A stretch of 64,000 nucleotides of DNA, from the IMG/VR virus record IMGVR_UViG_3300034068_000286, positions 1 through 64,000 of that record; one strand, given 5' to 3'. The notes below the pieces were generated by a model. The model had not been told where the DNA came from and made no database searches. It saw only the letters and a program-made list of their open reading frames with translations. The position numbers and the translations under genes were made by a program. Below, one piece after another: positions 7,551-18,379 of the stretch (the stretch's first letter is position 1; each line of letters opens with the position of its first letter). Source of the DNA: a virus.

Positions 7551-9535
7551 TATATGTAAGATACCTCAACTCTGATGTTGCCTGTTGCTGTATTGCTTGG
7601 AATATTCACAACAACATCTTCTCTTACTGATGTAATTAGATCAGTATCTACTGTGTATGTACCTACCTTGCTAGAACCGTGTTGGCTAAACTGCCAAACA
7701 GTATTGGCACCAACTTCAATTGTAAAGTCTGGAGCATTGACCAAGTCTTGCAGTACAGTAACGCTAACATTTAAAATTCTACGATCTTCGCTTACTGTAC
7801 CAATTGTGGTTGTTGCGCCAGGCAATGCTACCACTTCTTTGATTGTTCTGGCATCTACCGCTACACTTCGTTCACCGCCAACCTTGGTCCATTGACTACC
7901 ACTGTAGACGAAAGTGGCCCATTCACCATTGCCATCATCAATGACATAGCACTGATCTCCAACTAATGCATTTAATGCATCACGAGCTAGCATATTTGCA
8001 ACAACAGTAATGCCACTTGATCTGATACCTTGCTCAATGTTTAGGCCCAGAGCATAGCGTCCATTCTGTCCACTCATCACTCCAGCCGTGTCTAAGAATT
8101 GACCAGAAAAATCTCTTATAGTTAATGGGCCACCATCCAAGCGCATTAAACGTAGCGCACTTGTTGTAGTGTTTGCGGCTGTGGCCAAAGGTAAACTTGA
8201 TAACGAGCTTGCACCAGCAAAGTTATTGCTGTTGGCATCTGCTGTGACATTCACAATAGTAATTGCACCACCAGCATTGTGTCTTAGTTTAATGTCCGTA
8301 CCATTGACCAGGCTAGCAACAACGTCTGGGATTTTGGCCGCATTAATATCTGCTACCATGTCGTTTTGATCAGCAACAACAGGATCACCATATGCCGCAC
8401 TACCACTGGTGGTTGTTGTAAAGTTAACAGTTACTCCGTTGATGCTTGCACTAAAGGGAGTATATCCAGCAATAATACCATACGCACTACCTTGTCCTGC
8501 AATGTCGCTAAACACTTCAGTGGCCGCACCAACTTTAACTGCGGTAACGTTATGATTAGGAGTCTCAGCATTGATTAATGCAACTGCTTCTTCTACGCCA
8601 TATGTACCATTACCGCTGCCTAATGTAATCTGTACTCTATTAATTTCAACCACATCACCATCTGTGCCAGTTGGATCTATACCTGTACCTGTAGTAGATG
8701 TTGTAACCGCATCTGCAATCTTCATGTAAATTGGTCTACGACTTGCATCACTGGCAGTTAAGTCGCCGCTGCCATCTAAACTAGGATACAAGTAATCACC
8801 AACATTACCAGGCAATCCTGGTACAAAGTCAATGATACCATTGGCAGGGCGTAAAATAAATTGATCAGGGCCTGGACCCGGATGTACCACTGTACCAATA
8901 AAGCGATCAATGTTATCAGGATCGCTGAGTGTAAATTCTTCGTCTTCAATACAAATAGAATCGCCTTGTTCAAAGCCATGTGCTGGCTTTTCCAACAAGT
9001 AATTTGTAAGTGGATTCATATACTGGAACCTACTCATTACGTTGGTAAAGAAGTCTGCGCCTGCTTCACCTGGCAATGGGTCTAGCATCGGGAAGCCTAG
9101 TTCATTGATTTGGAAAAAGATAACATCTCCATTGGAACTGAACAAGCCCAGACCCATTGGATCTCGGAATGTATTATAGCGTAGTCTATCTTCTACAATT
9201 GCTACAACTTCTGAATTTGTCTTAGATGAGATGCTTAATATTTGTAAAACTTTTCCATCTAAGGCGCCGCCAACAAAATCACCTACTTCAATATCTTGTG
9301 CATTAAATCTAAAAGGTGTACGTGTTAAGTTACTACCGTGTGTTCTTTCAGTAATACTGAATGAAACTTCCCACTTATAGTATTGCGGATTAGAACTTCC
9401 GCTCCAATAAGGATCGTCGGCACTATTGGGATACGGCCAAAGACTCACAGGAGTTACTGAAGTAACACTACCTGATAGAACTTTTGCCGGTTTGTTTAAA
9501 CCAATAAAGCTGGTTTTCCAAGCATTAATAGTCAT
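7550..9535 (-). CDS. Large putative virion structural protein (661 aa)
   Basis: Gly/Thr/Asp-rich beta-type ORF coupled to the fibre genes. Confidence 0.7.
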   Translation of the reverse strand: MTINAWKTSFIGLNKPAKVLSGSVTSVTPVSLWPYPNSADDPYWSGSSNPQYYKWEVSFSITERTHGSNLTRTPFRFNAQDIEVGDFVGGALDGKVLQILSISSKTNSEVVAIVEDRLRYNTFRDPMGLGLFSSNGDVIFFQINELGFPMLDPLPGEAGADFFTNVMSRFQYMNPLTNYLLEKPAHGFEQGDSICIEDEEFTLSDPDNIDRFIGTVVHPGPGPDQFILRPANGIIDFVPGLPGNVGDYLYPSLDGSGDLTASDASRRPIYMKIADAVTTSTTGTGIDPTGTDGDVVEINRVQITLGSGNGTYGVEEAVALINAETPNHNVTAVKVGAATEVFSDIAGQGSAYGIIAGYTPFSASINGVTVNFTTTTSGSAAYGDPVVADQNDMVADINAAKIPDVVASLVNGTDIKLRHNAGGAITIVNVTADANSNNFAGASSLSSLPLATAANTTTSALRLMRLDGGPLTIRDFSGQFLDTAGVMSGQNGRYALGLNIEQGIRSSGITVVANMLARDALNALVGDQCYVIDDGNGEWATFVYSGSQWTKVGGERSVAVDARTIKEVVALPGATTTIGTVSEDRRILNVSVTVLQDLVNAPDFTIEVGANTVWQFSQHGSSKVGTYTVDTDLITSVREDVVVNIPSNTATGNIRVEVSYI

Positions 9536-9544
9536 CTTATTCCT

Positions 9545-12500
9545 TTATTCACTACTCAACAAAAATACCACAACGCAATGAGTTGTTTGGCCAACACCTG
9601 CAGTAGCACCACTGATAGTTTTAGTTAAACCTAATGTTACAATATTGACAGCAGGATCAAATGCGCTAAATGCTGTAGGCGTACCACTTGAGCCGCCACC
9701 TGCCACGTTTCTACCACCAGTTACGTTAAAGCTAGGTGTCACGCCAGTTGTGACATATGAATTACCTGTTCTGTTATAACCATATACCTGTGTATTTAAT
9801 GGAACACCTGTGGCTCCTGTTAGTGTAAATGCCACAGTACATACTGTTGATGTTGCAGTAACAACAGTAGCACTGATTCCGCCATTTAGTACATTTACGC
9901 CAGTTAATGCACCGCTAGCATCATACTCAACTTGAACAGTTGCTCTGAATGTTGTAGATGTACCACTGCCTCCGCCACCACCGCTTGAGCCAATAGTTGT
10001 TGGAGCCCATGCACTACCGTTCCAAGCAAGTGCTTGTCCAGTGGTTGGAGTAGTGTTAGTAACGTCAGCAAGTGCATTTAAATTGCTTTGACCTAAACGT
10101 GTATCAAAACGTCCGCTGGTATAATATAAGTTTGAGCTACCTTCTGTAATATTATCTGTACTTGAGCTTAAACTAAATGTACCTGTTGAACTATTATAAC
10201 TTAAACCAGTTCCAGCAGCCATTGCATTACGAGCAAGTGTGTCACTGAAGTACTTGTTTGTTGTACCTTGATTTAAGTTGTCTGTTGTCTTGGCTGCTAA
10301 TCTTGTATCCCAACGAGTGGCTGTATAATACAAGTTTGTTGAACCTTCTGCTACGTCATCTGTGTTTAATACAACAACGCCTGTTTTAGCATTAACACTT
10401 GATACAGCACCACTGCCACCACTTACACTACTAGGAGTCCACGCACTACCAGTCCAAGTCAATACTTGTCCGTTAGTTGGGGCCGCTGTAACTGTGTCAA
10501 CGTCTAATAATGCATTGATACTGCTTGCACCAATACGAGTATCTGCACGAGCATCAGCTCTGGTGTTTGTGAAGTATAAGTTACTACCTTCTGTGATATA
10601 ACTTGTGTTAGCACGATATTTAATTTGACCTGTTGTATCATCATAACTGATCAAGCTAGTAATATTACTATCACTAATAGAACTCAATGACAGTCTGGCT
10701 CTAGCATCCGTATAGTATAATCTAGTACCTTCTGTGATGTCACTGGTTGTAACAGCATTCAATGCTGTTGTCATTGTAATGTTGCCGCTACCATCAAAAC
10801 TTGTTAAGCCAGTAACTTTACCACTTAAAGTTAATGTGCGAGCAGTTGTCCATTTGTTGGCTTTGTTGGCTAAATCAACTTCTAAATCATAGCCTGGTTG
10901 TGTTGTATTGCCTAGGCCATAGACTTGTACAGCACCTGCCTTGCCATTGACTGTATAACTTGTCCCAGTGGCACCTGTATCACCTGTATCACCTTTGACA
11001 CCCTGAATACCTTGTGGTCCTGTAGCGCCTGTGGCGCCTGTGCTACCTTGTGGACCAACTACATAGCCTGCATTAATTGTGCTTCCATCTGACAATGTGA
11101 CTTGTAAGTAACCACCAGCATCAACTACTACACCACTGTCAGCGACACTTCGTCCGGCTGGACCGGCTGCACCTTGTGGACCTTGTGGACCAACAGTACT
11201 ACCAGCATTGATAGTACTAGCGTCAGTTAATGTAACTTGTAAATTGCCGTCACCATCGACTACTACGCTGTAAATTCCAAGTCCAGTAGCACCAGTAGAA
11301 CCTTGCGGACCCTGGGCACCAGTTGTACCTGTATCACCTTTTGGTCCAATTACACTACCAGCATCGACTGTTGTAGAATCTGTTTTTGTAATGATTAAGT
11401 TGCCACTGCCATTTACTGCGGCGGTTGTGATACCTACACCATTTGATCCATTGGTACCATTTGAGCCAGCAGGTCCTGTGGCGCCAGCTTCACCTGTATC
11501 ACCCTTGATACCTTGTGCGCCAGTTGGGCCAACTACACTACCAGCATCAACTGTTGAGTTGTCTGATTTAACAATCAATAAACGACCAAAGCTGTTTACA
11601 CTTGCAGATGTTACTGATAGGCCTGCAGGTCCTTGCTCTCCGGTGTCGCCTTTGATACCCTGTGTACCTTGGGAGCCTGTGGCACCTTGAGGGCCAATTA
11701 CGCTACCTACATTAATTGTTGTATTATCTTGTTTGGTTAAAACTAATTCACCACTGCCATTAACTAGAGCAGATTTAATACCAGATACATTACCAGCATC
11801 AACAACGCTATTGTCTGTCAATGTTAATTGTAAGCGACCTAATAATGTTACTGTGGCGGCACTGATACTTAAACCTGCTGAGCCTGCGGCACCAGCTGGG
11901 CCAGCGTCACCTGTATCACCTTTGGCTCCACTATTAGCAACTGGTACAAAATTTGTACCATCAAAACCTAGGATTTGCCCTGCACTAATTGCACTTACGT
12001 TTACACCAGAAAGTGAATTTAGTGTTACTTGACTTGCAACTGCATTGGCAAATGTAGGATTGACTGATGAAGATACATTGGCTGTAAATTGGTCATCAAC
12101 ATATTTCTTAGTTGCGGCTTGTAGATCTGCTGTAGGAGCACCTGACAATGTCAATGCACCTGTCATTGTGCCACCTGACAAGTTTACCTTACTGGCTAGG
12201 CTGTTTGTAATTGTTGTAGCAAAACTAGCATCATTGCCTAATGCGGTAGCCAGTTCGTTCAAGGTATCTAATGCCGCACCTGCGCCATTTACTAAATTAC
12301 TTACTTGACCTTGAACATAAGTTTGTGTGGCATAGCCATTGTTGTTTAGATATGTACCAACATCAGTTAATGTGACTCCGCCACCTGTACCACCAACAGA
12401 ACTGATAACACCATTGCTGATAGTAATAGTTGAACCATCAACTTTAACTCCACCAAGTACACTTGTACTTGCTGTTGGCAATGTATAGCTTCCGCCGCCT

Positions 12501-13288
12501 CCACCAGAACCTACGTCACCTGGTTGCCATCTTAGATTAGTCTGACTCCACACAAGAGCTTGGCCGTCTGTAACACCTGTCACATAAGTGTCTGTTAAAT
12601 CTTCCAAGTTCAATGAGCTTAACTGTTGATTGACATAACTTTCTGTTGCATATCCAGCAAGACTAGGAATAGTTGGTTTATTAGTTAGATCTGTATATGA
12701 ACCACTGAATATAGTTGGCTTGTCAGTCAACTGTGAATACGAAGTAACCAGTGTTGGCTTGCCAGTTAGGTCAGCATAAGCACCACTGAATAGAGTTGGC
12801 TTGTTTGTTAAGTCAGCGTAACTACCGCTAAAACTGCTACCAATTATTGTTACGTTGGCAGTGCCATCGTCAACAGTAACACTTGCACCACTTACAAAGT
12901 TGATACTTGTAAAGTTGCCGCGATTTGAAGCATTTTCATATATTGAAACAGAATCTAGTCCACCGGTAATAGTGGCTACGTTGTTAACTACATCAACCCC
13001 TGGACCAACAAAGTTTAATACTGTTGCTGTGCCGCGAGCAGTGCCATCTTCTTTAATGCTGATGGAACCTGGCGTGCCACTTCCTGATCCACCGCCACCG
13101 GCTAGGCTGATCATTAGTTTACCAGTTGCGTCGTCGTAGCTTGTTTGCAGACCGATACTGATATCTGTGCCTACTTCAATTTGACTAGCTACAATATCTT
13201 GGACATCTTCCTCAGTCAAGCCGCCACCGCTGCCTGGCCCGTTAGTTCCACCTTGTAGTTGTCCTCCTGAGGATGCGTTAATCGCCAT
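9545..13288 (-). CDS. Collagen-like long tail/head fibre protein (1247 aa)
   Basis: Multiple G-X-Y tracts separated by beta modules; YADLTNKPT, LDTLNELATAL, AATKKYVD and TEGSNLYFT repeats. Confidence 0.88.
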   Translation of the reverse strand: MAINASSGGQLQGGTNGPGSGGGLTEEDVQDIVASQIEVGTDISIGLQTSYDDATGKLMISLAGGGGSGSGTPGSISIKEDGTARGTATVLNFVGPGVDVVNNVATITGGLDSVSIYENASNRGNFTSINFVSGASVTVDDGTANVTIIGSSFSGSYADLTNKPTLFSGAYADLTGKPTLVTSYSQLTDKPTIFSGSYTDLTNKPTIPSLAGYATESYVNQQLSSLNLEDLTDTYVTGVTDGQALVWSQTNLRWQPGDVGSGGGGGSYTLPTASTSVLGGVKVDGSTITISNGVISSVGGTGGGVTLTDVGTYLNNNGYATQTYVQGQVSNLVNGAGAALDTLNELATALGNDASFATTITNSLASKVNLSGGTMTGALTLSGAPTADLQAATKKYVDDQFTANVSSSVNPTFANAVASQVTLNSLSGVNVSAISAGQILGFDGTNFVPVANSGAKGDTGDAGPAGAAGSAGLSISAATVTLLGRLQLTLTDNSVVDAGNVSGIKSALVNGSGELVLTKQDNTTINVGSVIGPQGATGSQGTQGIKGDTGEQGPAGLSVTSASVNSFGRLLIVKSDNSTVDAGSVVGPTGAQGIKGDTGEAGATGPAGSNGTNGSNGVGITTAAVNGSGNLIITKTDSTTVDAGSVIGPKGDTGTTGAQGPQGSTGATGLGIYSVVVDGDGNLQVTLTDASTINAGSTVGPQGPQGAAGPAGRSVADSGVVVDAGGYLQVTLSDGSTINAGYVVGPQGSTGATGATGPQGIQGVKGDTGDTGATGTSYTVNGKAGAVQVYGLGNTTQPGYDLEVDLANKANKWTTARTLTLSGKVTGLTSFDGSGNITMTTALNAVTTSDITEGTRLYYTDARARLSLSSISDSNITSLISYDDTTGQIKYRANTSYITEGSNLYFTNTRADARADTRIGASSINALLDVDTVTAAPTNGQVLTWTGSAWTPSSVSGGSGAVSSVNAKTGVVVLNTDDVAEGSTNLYYTATRWDTRLAAKTTDNLNQGTTNKYFSDTLARNAMAAGTGLSYNSSTGTFSLSSSTDNITEGSSNLYYTSGRFDTRLGQSNLNALADVTNTTPTTGQALAWNGSAWAPTTIGSSGGGGGSGTSTTFRATVQVEYDASGALTGVNVLNGGISATVVTATSTVCTVAFTLTGATGVPLNTQVYGYNRTGNSYVTTGVTPSFNVTGGRNVAGGGSSGTPTAFSAFDPAVNIVTLGLTKTISGATAGVGQTTHCVVVFLLSSE

Positions 13289-13310
13289 TGTGTGTTTCTC
13301 CTGTTATTCT

Positions 13311-13679
13311 TTATAGGCTTAGTACAACTCTTTCGCATGTGCCTAACGCAGATGCTGGTTGTCCTAAATGACTTCTTTGGATTTTTGCTCTTAAAAAAAC
13401 AAAATTTCCAACAATATTAAATGCTTCAACTCTCGTCTCAGGTGTCTCAACTTGATAAAAATCTGTGTTTGCACCTATTCCAACGGGAAACCAGTCAGTC
13501 TCCCTTGGTTCATCACTTAATGTAGCTTCAATGTAAAGATTACCTTTGAAACCTTTAAGATAGAACGCTACTGTGTGCATTCCGTCCGCAAAACCATAGT
13601 AGCCGTCAGCACGAGTTGCTGGACCTGTTTGATTCAAATTTCCATCTGCAACCATCATATTAGAATTACGCATTGACAT
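13311..13679 (-). CDS. Hypothetical structural protein
   Basis: ORF directly upstream of the fibre gene; GNFVFLRA C-terminal motif. Confidence 0.65.
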   Translation of the reverse strand: MSMRNSNMMVADGNLNQTGPATRADGYYGFADGMHTVAFYLKGFKGNLYIEATLSDEPRETDWFPVGIGANTDFYQVETPETRVEAFNIVGNFVFLRAKIQRSHLGQPASALGTCERVVLSL

Positions 13680-13683
13680 GCTG

Positions 13684-13848
13684 TTATTCCTTGATTACTT
13701 CAACTATCACATCTTCGCCAACAAGCTGTTGGATAACTGCTTCTAGATTAGATACAGTTTCGTCACCTGCAAGGGTGCCTACACTTTGCGATTCTTTGTG
13801 TAATTTGCTGAGTTTGATTACGATTAGTTCTTCGTGTATTTTTGCCAT
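13684..13848 (-). CDS. 54-aa hypothetical protein MAKIHEELIVIKLSKL...
   Basis: Read by hand; GGAGG SD; first gene after the late promoter. Confidence 0.7.
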   Translation of the reverse strand: MAKIHEELIVIKLSKLHKESQSVGTLAGDETVSNLEAVIQQLVGEDVIVEVIKE

Positions 13849-13882
13849 TAAAAAGCCTCCACACTATTTAGCGTGAAGGCTT
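13849..13882 (-). promoter_or_regulatory. Hairpin with late promoter TAAATA in the loop and SD GGAGG in the stem
   Basis: AAGCCTTCAC-GCTAAATAGT-GTGGAGGCTT-TTT-AATG. Confidence 0.7.
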
Positions 13883-13902
13883 ATTGTTTATGTATTATAA
13901 AA

Positions 13903-14535
13903 TTAGGGTTTGCGTATTCGCTCGAAGCGTTCTATACAATCACCGCATGTTAAACGCAATAAAGCGGCATCTTCTGCGTTTTCTAGATATAAATGCAAAG
14001 GTTGTCCCCATCCGTATGCCCTGGGTAACGACTCGTTTTCAATGATATCTTTTAACAAACCTGCCGCATGCCACGCACCATCTAGTGATGCAACTGCCTG
14101 CTTAAAATTAGGGACATGTATTCTTCTAAAATCATCATTGTAACGAATTCTAGCTCTAATAGGATACTTGCCATACCATGGTCTATCCCTAATTACATCA
14201 TGCCCATGCTCAAGTAGTAAATCTTTTGCAGAATTGTTCTCTGGTTTCCAAACTTCTAAAATACGGCCGTCAACATTGTTGATTAGGTCATTTAGTTCTT
14301 CTTCATTTGAAAGAAATATACTTAGGTGTGTCTCTCTTCTAATTCCGGCATCGGGAAACCTAGATTTGCACCAACGCAATAATCTATTAAATTCATCATG
14401 TCGAAGTCTTCGATCTGCATCACTTACTCTACGCCAGCCATAGTGTCCATACAGTTCGGGTTTAATTTCAATGATGGCTTTATAAGGCCACTGTTTCCAA
14501 AATAAACGCTGTGTATTATGAATTTTCATTGGCAA
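13903..14535 (-). CDS. Hypothetical protein
   Basis: 210-aa ORF overlapping the end of clpA. Confidence 0.7.
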   Translation of the reverse strand: MPMKIHNTQRLFWKQWPYKAIIEIKPELYGHYGWRRVSDADRRLRHDEFNRLLRWCKSRFPDAGIRRETHLSIFLSNEEELNDLINNVDGRILEVWKPENNSAKDLLLEHGHDVIRDRPWYGKYPIRARIRYNDDFRRIHVPNFKQAVASLDGAWHAAGLLKDIIENESLPRAYGWGQPLHLYLENAEDAALLRLTCGDCIERFERIRKP

Positions 14536-16741
14536 TTAAAAGTTCTGTACCATTGCTGGTAACATGGTGTTTAGTAATGCCGTCTCGGATAATACGTTTA
14601 GCAATTGGTAATCTAATTTCTTCGTTGATCAAACGTTTCATTGGACGAGCACCCATTGTTTCACTGTAGCCGTGTTCTGCCAAGTAATCAAGTGCTTTAT
14701 CATCATAAGTTACGTACTGGCTTTGAGCATTAAGTTGTTCACGAATTTGATTCATAAACTTGTCGGCAATGCGTCGAGTAACATCTTTCTGTAAGCGATT
14801 AAATTTAACAGTGGCATCTAAACGATTGCGGAACTCTGGACTAAAGAACTTTTTAACTGCTTCATCGCTGGCATCATTGTTAAGTCCACCACCAAAGCCA
14901 ATCACGTTCTTTTCACTGTCAACTGCACCCAAGTTTGATGTCATAATAACAAAGGCATTACGAGCACTGGCTTGTTTGTTATCGCTACCTGTGACAATAC
15001 CATTGTCCATTATACCAAGCAGGACTTGGATAACATCTGGGTGTGCTTTTTCAATTTCGTCAAACAACAGTACACAGTTAGGCACACGCTCTAGTTCGTT
15101 AATCAACTTACCAGAACCAGCTTTGCCCTCGCCATAGCCAACATAGCCAGGTGGGCTACCAATCAGGCTAGCAATCTTGTGCGGCTCTTTGTATTCACTC
15201 ATATCAAAGCGAACCATTTCCATGCCCAAGCCCTCTGCAAGTTGGTTAGCAAGTTCTGTTTTACCAGTACCTGTTGGTCCAACAAACAAGAAGTTGGCCA
15301 TTGGACGATTTACTTCTTTGAGTCCTGACTTGGCAATATACACCATGTTCATTAGGCGTTCAATTGCTTCGTCTTGTCCAAACACGTTTGTACGCATACG
15401 GCTTTCAAGTTCAGTGACAGCAACGTTTTTCTGCTCACCTAGCTGTTCGATTGGCACACGAGTCAAGTCACTAATTTCTTGACGGATGTGATCCTTGGTA
15501 ACATCTGTACCTGCTGGTGAGTTTGTAACACGTAAACGTGCCATTGCCGCATCAAGGATGTCGATTGCTTTGTCAGGCAACTTCTTGTCCAACATATACT
15601 TCATTGACAAGTCAATTGCCAAGTCAATAGATTCTTCACCAACTGCTAAGTTATGGAACTTGGCATACACAGGCATTACTTGACGCAACATCAATTTGGT
15701 TTCTTCAACTGTGGGTTCATTGATGTCAATCTTGGTAAAGCGGCGTAGTAAGGCACGATCCTTCTCAAAGTGTTCACGGAACTCTTCGTAGGTTGTGCTA
15801 CCAATGCAACGTAGCTTGCCTTTTTCTAAACTTGGCTTCAACAAGTTGGCAACGTCCATGCTACCTTGACCGCCTGCACCTGCACCCATGATCATGTGAA
15901 TTTCATCAATGAACAAGATAGCATCATCACGTTCTTCTAGTGCTTCCAACACATGTTGCATACGTTCTTCAAAGTCACCGCGATAACGTGTACCAGCCAG
16001 CAACTTGCCCATGTCTAAACTATAAACAGTTTTCTTCTTTAGCACTTCAGGAACTTCGTTGCGAATAATAGCAACAGCTAGTCCTTCTACAATGGCAGTC
16101 TTACCCACACCAGGTTCACCAACCATGATAGCATTGTTTTTCTTTTTACGAGTAAGTGTTTGTGCAAGACGGAACACTTCCTTCTCACGCCCAATTAGTG
16201 GGTCAATCATTTGCTTTTCAGCACTCTTGTTCAAGTTTGTTGTGTACTTGCTTAGAATCTTTTCGCTGTCACGTTTCTTGGCAGTTTTGCTTTCTTTACT
16301 ACGGCCATCTTTTAAACGACCTATGTGAGCAATGATAGCATCCTTGGTAACACCATTTTTAACTAGGAAAAAGTTAGCATGGCTATTTTTTTCTGCGGCA
16401 ATACTGATCAGCAGATCTAGAGGCTCCATGTGTCCACGACCTGTAAAGATAGCCTGTGTGTAAGCACGATTAAAGCAACGCTCTAGGGTTGCAGTCTTGC
16501 GCGGCTTAGTGATACCTTCTACTCGAATATCTTCTTGCTCACGCAACCATTGATCAATTTCATCTTTGAGAAGTCCAACGTCAAGTTCTAGTTCAGTGAG
16601 AACATCTTTTACTTCTTCTTCGTCTAGCATCACACGTAGGATATGCTCCAGCGTGACATATTCATGTTCTCTGTTGAGTGCTTCTTGGAAAGCACGAGCA
16701 ATGACTTCGTTGATACGACCGTTGTTTTCTTCTTGACTCAT
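14516..16741 (-). CDS. clpA: ATP-dependent Clp protease ATP-binding subunit ClpA
   Basis: N-domain HEYVTLEH; Walker A motifs GEPGVGKT and GPTGTGKT; IGF loop; GARP sensor; start at MSQEENN. Confidence 0.93.
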   Translation of the reverse strand: MSQEENNGRINEVIARAFQEALNREHEYVTLEHILRVMLDEEEVKDVLTELELDVGLLKDEIDQWLREQEDIRVEGITKPRKTATLERCFNRAYTQAIFTGRGHMEPLDLLISIAAEKNSHANFFLVKNGVTKDAIIAHIGRLKDGRSKESKTAKKRDSEKILSKYTTNLNKSAEKQMIDPLIGREKEVFRLAQTLTRKKKNNAIMVGEPGVGKTAIVEGLAVAIIRNEVPEVLKKKTVYSLDMGKLLAGTRYRGDFEERMQHVLEALEERDDAILFIDEIHMIMGAGAGGQGSMDVANLLKPSLEKGKLRCIGSTTYEEFREHFEKDRALLRRFTKIDINEPTVEETKLMLRQVMPVYAKFHNLAVGEESIDLAIDLSMKYMLDKKLPDKAIDILDAAMARLRVTNSPAGTDVTKDHIRQEISDLTRVPIEQLGEQKNVAVTELESRMRTNVFGQDEAIERLMNMVYIAKSGLKEVNRPMANFLFVGPTGTGKTELANQLAEGLGMEMVRFDMSEYKEPHKIASLIGSPPGYVGYGEGKAGSGKLINELERVPNCVLLFDEIEKAHPDVIQVLLGIMDNGIVTGSDNKQASARNAFVIMTSNLGAVDSEKNVIGFGGGLNNDASDEAVKKFFSPEFRNRLDATVKFNRLQKDVTRRIADKFMNQIREQLNAQSQYVTYDDKALDYLAEHGYSETMGARPMKRLINEEIRLPIAKRIIRDGITKHHVTSNGTELLIANENS

Positions 16742-16772
16742 AATTACCTTTTCCGTTTGAATATTTATTGTA

Positions 16773-17567
16773 CTACTTTTCTGCTTGCAGGTCAACGATT
16801 GTTTTAAGCTGATCCTCTTCATCAAGGGCAGGTATTTTAACTCGAACATTGACATATCCGTTACCACGGGCACTTGATCCTCTTATGTTAAATCCTCTGT
16901 TTCGTAATCGAAGTTGTGTACCATGCTGAGTGCCAGCAGGGATAGTTATTTCAATTTCAGTTTCATCAATGTCAATGATCTTGGCAGTTGCTCCGCACAT
17001 GGCTTGCCACACACTGATTACAATATCTATATACAGGTCTTTACCGTTTAGAACCCAAGTTGAATCGTTGGAGATATCTAGTTTGACATATAGGTCACTA
17101 GGTGGCAAGTTGGATATCAATTGCCCACCTTCACCAGTGTATCTAATTTTAATATCTCTGTTGCATCCTGGTGGGAATGTAACTGATAATTTTTTAGATG
17201 TTTTGTCGGGCAAGGTGAATTCAACAGTCTTAGTAAATCCAGTGTGTGCTTCTTTTAGGGAGCAAGGAATACTGATGTTAACGTCAGGATTCTTAACGTC
17301 ATTGTCCCAACCTGTATTAAACGTCCAACTACGGGCACCTGCTTTGCGTCCCATGTTGAACATTTCATGCAGGTCATTAAATCCGCCGCCTTGTGTCTGG
17401 TTAGCCTTGCCGCTTGTAATGGCTTCGTATGCGGCTTGTATTTCTTGGAACTTGGCAGTATCACCGCCTTTGTCGGGGTGATGTATGCTTGCTAATTTAC
17501 GGTACGCCCGCTTGACATCATCTTCACTAGCACCACGTTCAATCCCAAGAGTCTTGTAATAATCCAT
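16773..17567 (-). CDS. DnaJ-class (CbpA-like) co-chaperone
   Basis: MDYYKTLG...HHPDKGG J-domain plus DnaJ C-terminal domain; no zinc finger. Confidence 0.9.
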   Translation of the reverse strand: MDYYKTLGIERGASEDDVKRAYRKLASIHHPDKGGDTAKFQEIQAAYEAITSGKANQTQGGGFNDLHEMFNMGRKAGARSWTFNTGWDNDVKNPDVNISIPCSLKEAHTGFTKTVEFTLPDKTSKKLSVTFPPGCNRDIKIRYTGEGGQLISNLPPSDLYVKLDISNDSTWVLNGKDLYIDIVISVWQAMCGATAKIIDIDETEIEITIPAGTQHGTQLRLRNRGFNIRGSSARGNGYVNVRVKIPALDEEDQLKTIVDLQAEK

Positions 17568-17585
17568 AATTACAGCATTACGCTG

Positions 17586-17870
17586 TTAGTTTATTTCGTC
17601 AAAGACTTTTTTCTGTTCTTTGTACCATTCCTGCCAGGCTTCTGTGACAGCGGCACAACCGTGATACTTAGAATAGTTTTTAGAAACTGTGTCCATTAGT
17701 TCACTTAGCTTTACTTCTGGTTTATTGATAGTGCTAAGTGCTTCACACTCTTTAAGAAGCAATTCTGGAACAACAGGGAATGTTCTCTTAACAGGAACTG
17801 TTGTGCTACAACCTGTTAATAAGATTCCTAATAAAGATAGGGTAATTACTTTGGTATGTAGTCTCGCCAT
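17586..17870 (-). CDS. o-spanin-like lipoprotein (Rz1-like)
   Basis: LLTG-C lipobox; Pro-rich FPVVPELLLKEC; overlaps the end of the i-spanin. Confidence 0.7.
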   Translation of the reverse strand: MARLHTKVITLSLLGILLTGCSTTVPVKRTFPVVPELLLKECEALSTINKPEVKLSELMDTVSKNYSKYHGCAAVTEAWQEWYKEQKKVFDEIN

Positions 17871-18379
17871 GATTTCTTCGCTTTAGGTGCTGCCAGAGCA
17901 TTGTGATCAGTAGTGCCAATAACGCTGGTTGGGGTTAAAATTATCTCATCTACGGCTTTGTTCATAGCACTGGCATCATGTGCTCGAATAGCCACTTGCG
18001 GAATTTTACATTCAGCATCATACTTGGCAACTTCACGATCAATGTAACGAACCACATCGTCGCCTTTTTCTTTAATAACTTGTGTTTTTGTAACAACCTT
18101 TGTAACAACCTTGGTGTTTACTTTTGCAGATTTTACTTCAGCTTGTGCAACTTTAGTTTCCAATTCAGCAACACGGGCCTTCCATTCAGCATCCTTTGCA
18201 ATGCCGCCTTCATACCACACACCCAGTATTGTTAATAGCACACCAGCTACCTGAATTGGCAATGAATATTTTGCTACTACCGGAACCATTCGTAATGCCC
18301 AGCCAGCCAAGAGGGCAAGCACACCTACAATTAATATTAGGTGAAATACAAAATCAGGTAACCAGTTTAGTATCCACAT
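17846..18379 (-). CDS. i-spanin-like membrane protein (Rz-like)
   Basis: N-terminal TM segments, then a coiled coil and a C-terminal Cys. Confidence 0.65.
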   Translation of the reverse strand: MWILNWLPDFVFHLILIVGVLALLAGWALRMVPVVAKYSLPIQVAGVLLTILGVWYEGGIAKDAEWKARVAELETKVAQAEVKSAKVNTKVVTKVVTKTQVIKEKGDDVVRYIDREVAKYDAECKIPQVAIRAHDASAMNKAVDEIILTPTSVIGTTDHNALAAPKAKKSWRDYIPK

